From the NCBI GenBank assembly GCA_020891255.1, contig BQFW01000004.1:1302001-1366000 (forward strand): a DNA stretch of 64,000 nucleotides. The letters run 5' to 3'. The notes under the pieces are model-generated. The model ran no database searches, was not told the DNA's origin, and worked only from the letters and a program-made list of their open reading frames with translations. Shown here in pieces: positions 1-10,602 of this stretch. The first letter of the stretch is position 1. Each line of letters starts with the position of its first letter. The DNA is from Entomortierella parvispora E1425. Taxonomy: Eukaryota; Fungi; Mortierellomycota. Made by a program: the position numbers and the translations under genes.

Positions 1-1900
1 TCGATTCGCGTAAAGTATGTCATCTGATGTCGGGCGGCATTGGCAATATTGTGGGCCCCGATAACGTCTCTGTGAACCCGAGACCCGCAGTGATTACAGG
101 CCAATCGCCTCATGTTGATGCGAAACAGGAATCGATGGCAGTGTCTGCGGGGACATTTTGGCGTGTAATATTCATTCACCAGAACTACGACATAACCGAG
201 TGACCGTAGCTAAAAAGGCAGTATTTGCCAGATCTTTTTGGGGTGGCAGGAATCGAAGTACATGTCATGCTTGTTCAACTTACAACCCGAATAAGATAGG
301 CAGTAAATGTGCTATCCATGGATTCCAGGCCCTTGTTGTATCTAGACCCGCCTTGTCCTATTGCCACCAAGATCTTTTCATCCGGTCTTCGTCGGCGCCC
401 GATGCTGCCTCCAAACGACTTCATGATACGGTCTGCCATGATGGCAAACTCGGCTTTCATCGCCTTCAGATCCCAATGCCTTTTCTTGTATTTCTGGCTG
501 AAGTAAAACGCATTAAGTTTTTCGGCAACCTTTTCCATCTCTTGCATATACTTTGTGCAGGATGCTTGTGGCCCATGCAGTGGCGGAAGATGTCTCAGTA
601 TATCAGCGATGCTCTCTTCGGTGTCGATTGGTACATTATTGGCGGGTGCAGCATTGGTAGGTGCAACATTGGTAGGTGCCACTGCCACTGGCCGCGATCG
701 GGAGTGATTTTCCAGACGAAGCTGAGCCTGATGTACAAGTTCTGCTGCTTCCTTCATTTTTACAACAAGAAGAGCTTTGGCGCCCGCAGGAAGCAGTGTT
801 GATAGCTCTGGATCTGGCGGTCCCGTTGTATGAGTCCTGGGGTTTGTTACCACTGTTGATAGTGCCAGATTCGAGGCAGAAGCTAGGGCACTTGTGGAGG
901 CCCCTTCTACTGAGGGCGTCGAAAAGGATTGCAAGATTGCTGGGGAGATCAATCCTGGTAACGCCACTGGAGATATTGTTGATGAAGCTATGGTCAATGT
1001 TTCCTCTGCAGCGAGCGGAACTGACCGTAGCATCTTCTTGGACTCCTCCTCAAGCCAGGCGCGATGCTTGAGGATTGGTTGGTATGCAGCTTTCTGACTG
1101 ACGGTAAGGTTGCGAAAGCTCGGGCTGATCGTAGGATCCTCAGCACTGGGGCCGTTCGCAGACTCTGGTAGCAGCACATGCACACCAACAGTAAACCGAT
1201 CCCCAGGATCGATACCAACAACTGTGATGTCGCTTGGGCTGCAGTCGCCGTAGTAACGTTGCACGTCTCCCTCATTCTTGAAGACATGGCGGATCTCGGA
1301 TGGGAAATAGTCGAACCCACGGATAGTGGAGGTTGGAGAGACGGGCATCCGATCTGATGGCAGCCGCTTGTATTTGACCATATTCAGTTCTCGAATCTTG
1401 AAGTTAACGTGGAGCTTCGTTCCGTTTGTAGTAATGGAGCCTTGCAGGTAATAACCCTTGTCCTCGCATGTATTCGGGTCAAAGTCCTCGCTCCCCAGTC
1501 TTTGAAGGTGAGCCTCGAGCTCCAAAGTGTTGGCATCGATGATTTTCGCCTTCATTCCTGGCTTCTTCCGTTCTCGTCTTGAAAGACTGATGGCCCCAGG
1601 TGATTGCCTTCCCACCCATGATTTGGTGTCTTTCAGAGAAGGCTCCCTAGACAAGCCTGCGCCGCCAAGGTCGCCTCGGACCATTTCCTGCAGCTTGGAT
1701 TTTAGGTCAGCATGACACCAGAACAATTGTGCAAGCTGGTGGTCGGTCCATGTGATGTGAGGGTCGCTCAAATGGGTGAGAGGGAAGAACACGTGGATCT
1801 TGCCGACCACAGTGTTTAATCTCCAAAAGTTCTCGATCGCGGACTCATTTTCACGAATTGAATGATCCTCTCCGTGGATGTGAGCGCCGTCCTCTTCGAG
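1..1900 (-). CDS. Fanzor/TnpB-like RNA-guided RuvC nuclease portion (open frame, about 608 codons over 2 exons)
   Basis: RuvC-I VVGIDPG (D at 1208-1210). KILVAIGQG strand before the intron. After splicing 210-283 (GTAAGT...TTTTTAG, phase 0) the frame reads LRSLGYVVVLVNEYYTPKCPRRHCHRFLFRINMRRLACNHCGSRVHRDVIGAHNIANAARHQMTYFTRI, giving RuvC-II E (171-173), CPxxxC/CxxC zinc finger and RuvC-III D (66-68). Confidence 0.9.
637..681. repeat. Three imperfect 15-nt tandem units inside the Fanzor insertion (encodes APTNVAPTNAAPANN)
   Basis: tattggcgggtgcag / cattggtaggtgcaa / cattggtaggtgcca. Confidence 0.8.
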
Positions 1901-3328
1901 CTGCGTACGATGAAAACAAAAGAACGGATTGTTATTAAACACGCGCTGATAAAATAATCCGGCTCTGCAGCGCGATATCAACATACCCTTTCGCGTTGGA
2001 TCTGGCCCTGAAAGGTCCTTAACCAGGGTTCAACCAAAACAGTGGCAGAATAGGGGCAGTTTTCACCTCTGTCCTTGATTCCATAAACGCGCAGTCGCTC
2101 TCGAAAGGCTCTGAGGGCTTCTGTTCCAGGATTTTCTGATATGAGAAAACGGGCAAAGCAGGCCAGAAAGTTGCATTTGAGAATTGTTGACTTTCTTGCG
2201 CTTTTTTTGCCTGCTCTCACTGCTCGCACTGACACTGCTGACGTTAGGACTGGTGCCTTCAGAACCAGGAATCCTTGGGCAAATAAGATCCAAGAAGATG
2301 CTGTCCCTATTGTCAACCACTGGCTGCGCTAGAATCGCATCAATGTAGCGTCCAAGTATCCGCTCAATTTGTCTCCTGGCTGCTGTACTCACTTTCGCTG
2401 CCAGGGCAAGGCAATCGACGACCGTTTGGCCATAGTTACCCTGCTTACAAGCCTGAAGAATGTTCGCCTTTAGACATCAGACTTTAGCTGTGACAAACGG
2501 ATGATAATGACGCAAGTCTCTCTGTATTTGCTCTCTGGGATGAACCCTGCGCTTAGTTCCATCAGCTGCTGCGTTATCAACCATAGTGTTGTCCTCCTGA
2601 GCGCAGCTACTTTCGTCATTTTCCACCTCATCCTCGTCCTCATCCTAATCCTCCTTGCTGCTCTCTTCCTCCTGGGCAGGTTTTTGGTACGACTTCCAGT
2701 AATATTGCTCAGCCTCCAGCGCTGGTCCATGGTCTTTGGCCTGTCGTTCATGATACGAGTAGCGTGGTTTGATGTGCTTGTTTTTCGCGAGACTGACATC
2801 TGCCGCTGAAGGTCGATCGATTGTTCTGAATGGGTTGAAAGTCTGCTTTGAACCATGCCTCTTCGATGAAGGGTAGTGACGAGCTATGATAAAGGTCATG
2901 ACAGGTGTGAGTATCAGCGAAAAAGGTACAGGAGTATAGTATGCCAATGGAGGATGCAAAGAGAAGGATTGGGAACTTACATTGCCTGTTCTTGTTTAGA
3001 CAGCCTGGCGTCACGGCGCCTCTTTTCAAGACCGGCCCTAATTTCCTCGAGGTCTTTACAGACACTCACCCATGTAAAGGGCAGCAGGGTATCCGTTGGC
3101 GCTTGCGCTGCCTTCTGCACCTTGTCCACAAAGACGCGTCTTGAACCGGCAAGCATTTGGGGATCAATGTTCTTGGCCGCCAAAAGACGATGGGAAAGGA
3201 ACCATTCAACCATCTGCTCGACCCCAATGTACTCAGACGCGTCTGAAAACGAACAGATAACGATGATCGTTAGTTTGTACTCACAATACACAGAAACAGA
3301 AAGGAAAAAACAGAGGAGTTTATATTAC

Positions 3329-4133
3329 CTGCATCGCCAGAGTCAAGTTGCTTAATAACATCAAGGGTCTTGGCTGACCCGAATCCCTCAACATTCTTGT
3401 TATAGTCGTTTTTGCTCAAGATTGCAAAAGTTGTGAGCTGGACTCGGCTTAGATCCAGCGAGGACATCACTTTCTCAACTGCACTCACAAGAAAGCGATC
3501 TTTGGATATAGGGACAACTACAGTGTGAATAGTGTCGTAGGCGAACATGTCGCTGTCCCGAGACACAACAACATCGTGCGTTTGGCAGTCGGACGCGATT
3601 TCAGGATCTGCCTCAAAGCTACACACCCTGGCGTCGAATCCCTGCTGAATGAGAAACCAGACAAGATTGCTCTTGATCTCTGCGGGGAAATAGTAGGCGC
3701 TTGATAATAGGCGATGGGCCTTGTTGAACAAGCCTTTCGAGATGCGTTTGTCGTGGAGAGCTCTTTGTTGTATATCCTCCACAGTTGCTTTGGCTGCGAT
3801 CAGCGACTTTTCCTGTTCTTGATGTCGAGACCTTGCCGTTGCCTGCTTTTCCTCGCAGGGCTTTCCATCAAAGTAGAGAACGATGCTAATATTGGGGACT
3901 CCACTTTGTCTGTAAGAAATGGTTGATCAAAGCCAGCACTTTCTGGTGACCGATCTCCCATTTTTTCGTCGTGTGATAACCGTAGTACTGTATGACCGAA
4001 GTTGACCAAAATACGTCGCCTGCATGTCGATCCTAATTTTTGTTCCTTGTGTGCACAGTTGATCAAGCGAAAGCGCCAGATCTGGACGAAAGTTGACAGC
4101 GTCGAGTCTCTCTCGTAGAGCGGGCCACCCCAT
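3329..4133 (-). other. XPG/FEN1 (PIN-like + H3TH) 5'-nuclease domain of the fusion
   Basis: Motifs in family order: MGW..L, IRIDMQ, IVLYFDGKPCEEKQAT..R, CSFEADPEIA, VVSRDSDMFAY, ILSKNDYNKNVEGFGSAKT. They match the FEN1/XPG acidic catalytic cluster and the helix-3-turn-helix motif. One TGA at 3927-3929 interrupts the frame. Confidence 0.85.
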
Positions 4134-5495
4134 GTTGAGGTAAATGGAAGAAACTGCAAGGAGCAGAAATGCGCCCCACGGAGGAGGATCAGCAGTGAGA
4201 GCATGTGGACAGTGGGACTAGGACAAATGGAGTGGTTTGCTATAAAAGTAGGAATGTTCACACTTGGCAGAGGTTTACTGGCAGTGAACTTGAAGAGAGA
4301 AAGAGAGAATAAAGGCCAAGAGGAGAGAAAGAAAGAGAGAAAGCTTGATGAGAACAACAGCTTGACAGCTTCATAGAATCAGTAAAGGCGACCAAGCGCA
4401 CCACAGATTCATAAGCTCTGCCTGTGTGCCATCACTTCACGACCGCATCTTGATGGCTGCCCCGAGTTACACTTTTGAAATTTGAATATGATGGATACAC
4501 CGGTTGCAGACACTGCTTGTACGGCACTATTTATTTTGGACCTTAGGCAACAACAGCAGGTCCCTGGGAACAACGACAACAGATTCATTGCACCACTATT
4601 CTTTATCAATGAGAGTTGGCAGGGATATAATACAAAAAAACCAACAACTCTGGACCAGGGCTGGTTGTTGTTTTCCGTGGACAACCAGCTCTCCAGTCCA
4701 AATGCACTGGCGCCTCATTTGGGCGATCGTGTTGTCTGGTGGCGGTAGAGGCAGCTCTGGCTATTCTTTTACTCTTTCCCCCCTTTATCCCGGATGGTGT
4801 TTACCAACATGTGGGATATGAAGTTGGCGATTGCTGGTGCCGCTCCAGTCCAGGCAGGTTCTTTCACGATTCACAAAAATCGGATGAGGGTTGTTTTGCT
4901 GAGATGCACCTGAGTCAACCCACATCCAAGTGGGCTCACACACGTGGCCCTGGAGCACGATGGGCGATGCTTCTTGTCGTTCCTTGTCGCTTCCTTCTCT
5001 TGTCGTTCCTCTCTCTCTTGTTGAGGTGAGGAGGGCAGACGAGTGGGCTGACTGCCGTAGCGACATGTCAGCGAGAGCATAGAAGGAAGGACCTTTGTCT
5101 ATCTTTGGCAATTGCACCCACCCGGTGCCCACACCCCACCCCGCAAGACAAAGACAACCTTCTTCCCCTTTCTTCGTTCGCTCTCCTCCGCTTCTTCCTC
5201 CGTCTCGCACTGGTCTCTGTCTCTTTCTCGTGTCTTGTTCTGTGTTTGTGTTTGTGTTGTGTTTGTGTTGAGTAGAGTTGGTCCAGCTCACCTGTCTTCT
5301 TCCCTTCCTTGTCCTCCTACTTTCCTCCTCCTTTCCTCCTTCTCTTCTTTGTTCTTTGTTGACCTGCTCCCTCTTCCCTTCCCCCTCTCATCTCCTTGGC
5401 CAATCAATCCCTGGTTGATCTCGCTCTCTGCTCTGGCCACTGTTGATGCTTCATCCCTCATACACCTCTTGTCCCCCTGCTTGATCCATCTTCTC

Positions 5496-7328
5496 ATGTC
5501 CCGCTCCGTCTCCATTGCCCTCGGTCTGGCCCTGCTCGCCGTCACCGCATCGGCCCAGAACGACACCTATTGTGGAGGCAGTTTGCGTAAGAAGGACCCA
5601 TGGAGTTTGTTCATTCTAAATGATACCCCCACTCTCTATCCCTTTCTACTGACCTGGACTCGAATCTCTTTCCTCTTTTCTGCCGTCGCTAGAACCGAAC
5701 ATGTACAACACCTTCGACTTTACTTATAACCACGGGGGAAACTTCACCGTTGTAACAATGATTGGCCCAACCAGTAACGAAACGTCCCTCCTGTACTGTG
5801 GCGACGCTCCTATCGGGACTCAGGCGCTGTTGGAAGCTGGTGTCAATACCAATGTCCAGCAATTCAAGGTGCCTGTGACATCCGTCGCCACGAGCGGCAA
5901 CTTCACTTCGTCCTATGTTGAGGTATGGATGCATCGGATCGCACAAACTGCGATTTGGATACTGCCAGCACGCGAAACGAAGCCTGACCAGTTGAATTTG
6001 TTTGCTTTTATTCTGTAGCTCATCGGCCAAGGAAACTCGATCATGTACATGGACGACCCTCAGCTGGTCGTATCGCCTTGCCTTCAGCAACGCTACGCCA
6101 ACAAGACCCTGCAGGCTTTGAATGACACCCAGTATCAAACTCAGTTTAACAACATCAGTGCAGCATTCCTTATGACTACACAACCCGCTGAAAACAAGGC
6201 TGTCTACGTGCCCGAGTCATTGGAGGTGGATCCTCTGCAGCGTGTAGAGTATATCAAGGCCATCTCGCTGTTTTACGATCTCGGCGCGGAAGGACAGAGT
6301 GTCTACAACAAAATCAGGAACAACTATGGAACTCTCCAGAATGCTGTTGCGAGTATCCCTGCGGACCAGCAGAAGCGAATTGGATGGGTGGAGTATGACT
6401 TTAGCGTAAGCGCGTGGCGAATCCGCAATAGTGTTTTTACCCGAGCCATCATCAAGGATGCAGGTAAAATAACTTCCTTGAGGGTTTTTTTGCGCGTCTT
6501 TGGATCCTATATTCAGCATCAGCCCCGACCCTCGATTCTCTTGCCTTGTCCTTCTAGGTGGTATCTCTTTTCCATTGAGAGGCGATGGCGTTGCGGACAG
6601 ATCGATCCTTGATATTACAGACCTGCAGACCATGATCCGCAACTCATGGGTTGTCATTGATCAGACAAACTTCAATGGACAAAACGCCAACCAGGGCGAC
6701 TTTAATTTGTGGAGGACACTTGCTGGCGTAACAATGGATGAATTGCCAGGCAAGAGAGTTTACTCTCTAAGCGGCACCTCCAATGCTCAAGGAGTCAGTG
6801 GTAGGTGCACGAAAACATAAAGGCATCAAGAGAGGCTTATTCAAGTATACTCACTGCCAATACTCCGTACCTCCTTAATTCCACATAGATTACGACTACA
6901 GAGCTCCAGCGCGCCCAGATCTTTTGCTACAAGATCTTATCCATGCTCAATACCCTTCATTCAACGTTTCCTGGACCTTCTTGGATCCTGGTTTTATCTA
7001 TGGTTCCGGTCCCGACCACGTCATGACTGCAGCCATGTGTGGTCAGGCAGTTTACAATGATGCGCCTATTACTGTCTACGCGGGAGGTACATTCTCTGGC
7101 GATGGCACCGTTTCGCCCCCTCTCGTTGGATCTGGAATTTATGGAGCAGCATCTGGCGGTAGTAGTGGCTCAAAGTCAAAGACACCCATTATTGTTGCTG
7201 TTGTTGTTGTGGCGGCCGTAATTGGAGCAGGATTTGCATTTGCGTTCTTCAAGTGGGGCAAACGCGCAAAGGAGGACCGTTTCATCGAGCTGGAGGAGGA
7301 GATGAACAATGAAATTCCCTTGCACTGA
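5496..7328 (+). CDS. Type I membrane protein with a helical-backbone (BtuF/FecB-like) substrate-binding domain, CBA1-like; multi-exon
   Basis: Signal peptide MSRSVSIALGLALLAVTASA. Motif EVDPLQRVEYIKAISLFY resembles the E..PL.RAEW motif of iron/cobalamin SBP-like proteins. C-terminal TM helix PIIVAVVVVAAVIGAGFAFAFF followed by KWGKR. About 4 GT-AG introns. Confidence 0.7.
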
Positions 7329-8403
7329 TGAGTCGTGGAAAGAAATGTATCATAATAAAACTCAATAATTTTGTACGCCATTCGACTCTCACTTAGCTTG
7401 ATGTAAAAAGTAAAATACGAAGGCCCTCACTTGTCCCTTCCCTTGAGCAGACATTTGTTAGCCCTTCTCACCCATCTCGGTGACCAATCTATCTAACAGT
7501 CGATGCAATACGGCCTTTCTATGATGGACAACATAATGATATCTCTCCGAAAGAGTACAATTGGAAGTTTTATCTTTCATTTTTTTCAAGATTAATTTTT
7601 ATTATTCAAGCTTAATGTCATATTTTTTTTAAAAAAGACTTACTTGTGCCTATCAGTGCATCAGAAATGGAAAAAAATTAATACGAAGTTTCGAAATCCA
7701 ATTCAGACGGGGGGACGTTGCGCAATGGGTATTGTGTTGTGGTAGCGTCAGTTGGAACAATTGAAGTAAAAAATTTCTGAATCATGTAATTTTTTTCATG
7801 ATCTCTATATTCTCATCATACGCAGGGGCGAAAGGAAAAGGTGTTGAGGTAGGACTGTTGGGCATAGATCATACCTTGAGAAACTGAGGTATCCGGACAG
7901 GGGAAAAGAATAGCACGCTAGGAATCTGTCCGTGCAAGCAATTGTATGAAATCGTTAATATACGTTGCATCGAGAGAGGAGGGCGTCCGCCAGTTGACGT
8001 AGATCGTTGGAAAGAAAAGTCAGAAAAAATTGTGGAAAATTTGTCTCATCGCGCTCTAAACGCTCTGAAGTAGCAAATATATTCAAACATCATACGAGAG
8101 GGAATGGGTAGGGAATGTAATGGGAAGTCGCTAATGTGAAAGAGTTGTTACCTTGAAAGCGGGAGAGTTGAAGAAAAAAAAAGAAAAAAGGAGAAAAAAA
8201 AAGAGCGTGTTTGTTTTTTTATTACCATGGAGGACAGTCACAAAATGGCGGTAACGTCATCGAAGGGGGAGGGGGGGTTGGATGTTGACATTTTTTCTCT
8301 CTTCCCACAACCCAAGGGACAAGTCTCGACCAGTATCAACAGGCACAACGACGACACTCAAATCTCATCGGCACCAACACAGCTTTAACTACTTATCATC
8401 ACC

Positions 8404-9932
8404 ATGAGTATCGCGTTGCCTGCCTCTTTCAGCTACTCGCTGCCGAGCTCAAGGGTGTTTATCATTGGCCTTGCTGGTTCGTCTTTAACAGTGTTCTCAC
8501 AACGGCTGGGTGAATTGCACCAAGAATATACCTGTACAAAAGCTGATTCCTTTCGTTTTTACTTGTCTGCTTTCAGGAGGCGCGGATTCCGGAAAGGTGA
8601 GGCCAAAGAGGACCTCTGCAGCTTGTATCCTTAGCTCGCTAATTTGCATCACAGCCTCTAACATTTTAGAATTTCCACTTGTACAGGAAGCATTTTGTAG
8701 AGTTTTGATTGAACAGTTGCAGAAGAGCCAAGTTGTAGACAGCAGCAAGGCTCTTCTTCTCCATCTACATGATTTTTACAAGGAGTTAACAGACGAAGAT
8801 CGTGTTCGTGTTGCAACTGGACTTTATAACTTTGATCACCCTGGTACAGTTCAGTTTCTGTTCGTGAAAAAAAAGTGGTCTTTTCACCTCTGACTTGATC
8901 ACTCTCGCTAACTCTTTGCCTTTGTTAGACGCGTTCGACTGGGATTTGCTTGCAGAGGTTATGGATGAAATCAATGAAGGACGTCTTACAAAGGTCCCCA
9001 AATTCGACTTTGCGACAAAGCGAAGGTATCAGGATGTGGCTTATGGTGATCTTGTGGACCGAGATGACTCCAAGGAGACACTGGTGCTAACAATGATGCT
9101 ACTGCTCGACTAGAACGATGGAGGTCAGACCCAAGGACGCAGAATATCCTAGCGTTGTGCTGTTTGAAGGCATTTTTGTTCTTTATAGCCAACGCATTCG
9201 GGAGCGTTTGAACATGAAGGTACGGTTGCTGAGACAGACTCGACTTTGACGCCCTATTTGTGTATGAACTGTCAATTAACTGGAACCATTTATATTTTTC
9301 AGCTTTTCGTCGATGTCGACGATGACGCGCGTTTGGTGAACAGAGGTAACAGTGTGGAAAGGCAGAAACCAAAGCGATTATCCGCCAGCAAACTAATACT
9401 TTTGACATATTTTCCAGTGTCCCGCAAGGTTGCAGAGTCCAATCCAGATTCGGTCGATCACATTTTGACAGAGTATGTTCGATTTGTGAAGCCTGCTTTT
9501 GATGATTTTATCCAGCCGGTAAGTTCATCGTGCACAGTCATTGAAAGGCGTTATTACTTGAGTGTGTCTTTTGCCTAACACCTGTATTTCTTCTACCAGT
9601 CTAAGAAGTGGGCCGATATTATCATTCCTCGTGGCATTGAGAATGTTCCCGCTATCGAGCTCATTACAGCGCACACTGCAGATCTGTTGGGACGGGCAAC
9701 ATCAACACGCCCATCTCGTATGAACTCTTCAAGCTCTTCAACCGTGCTCCAAGAAATGACAGGCGAGGCATCCTCGGTTAGCTCTTCGGCTTGTGCATCT
9801 CCTCGGCCACACTCCAAAGCATCCATTGCGCACAGCGAAGGATCAAGGTCAAGCATGAACTCGTCCCCAGTGCCTCGAAGAGATGTCCTCGGAGGATCCA
9901 CAGACAGCCTCTTCAAACCTGTCCCTGAGTAG
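8404..9932 (+). CDS. Uridine kinase family protein (possibly catalytically degenerate); multi-exon
   Basis: FIIGLAG|GADSGK P-loop, YNFDHPDAFD, VPKFDF, VLFEGI, KLFVDVDDDARL, FVKPAFDDFIQP|SKKWADIIIPRG.EN.PAI. Confidence 0.85.
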
Positions 9933-10602
9933 ATAAAATGCTCCCGATGTTGTACCCGGCCTCTGTACTTACTGGACTCGCATGTGGCTATAGATATGCC
10001 TTGAGGTTCGGTCACTCTTATGTTTTCTAATCCCATCTTCTGCATAAAGCTGTTAAATCTCAAAGTCTCGTAGAGTAGTCTGCGTAGGATTACCTAAGAC
10101 CAATGTGGATATTGGCAATAACGGTCAAATCAGCCTAGAGACTTGAGGGCCAATACCCTTCAACATCGCTAATAAACGAGGTGAATATCGTCTACAAGAT
10201 TACTTGCAGTCACCCGCTCAGTCTCTCTTAACGTGCAGTTACGGCTGGTACTACTGCTGAAGAAGAGCAGGAGAGAAAGTGAAAGAGAGAAGTTCTCTCG
10301 ATTCCGAACAGCGATAGACTAAGTCCCAACCGGAATGTGAACCTGATACGGACAATAGTACACCACAAGAATAGACATCATAGCTAAGCTTGTACTTTGT
10401 TGCTGAACCCTCACGTCCTCCGTCATCTTCGTTGTAGATTGAGGGAGGCCGTAACGACCGATGGGTAGTTTCCTCGTCATCATCCAGACTCATCCCTTTT
10501 TCCTTGCCTTTTCCTTTCTCTACCCTTGCCTCTCGACCAAGGTCCGCTTACTCATTCCTCGACAGACAGCATTCGTCGCATCTGTCACCATTCACATCAG
10601 CA

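Larger units (their letters stand above)
1..4133 (-). pseudogene. Spliced XPG/FEN1-like nuclease-Fanzor(TnpB-like RuvC) fusion gene, partly degraded, 3' end runs off the window
   Basis: ATG at 4133 (MGWPALRERL...KIRIDMQATYF). GT-AG introns at 3243-3328, 2884-2980, 1901-1986 and 210-283. XPG-N/XPG-I/H3TH motifs at the N-terminus and RuvC-I/II/III plus a Zn finger at the C-terminus. In-frame stops at 3927-3929, 2645-2647 and 2477-2479, and frame discontinuities near 2170 and at the 2884-2980 intron. Confidence 0.85.

Noticed and set aside
10251-10493. 80-aa minus-strand ORF upstream of the PRM10-like gene
   Set aside because: Short, with no recognisable domain or supporting splice structure.
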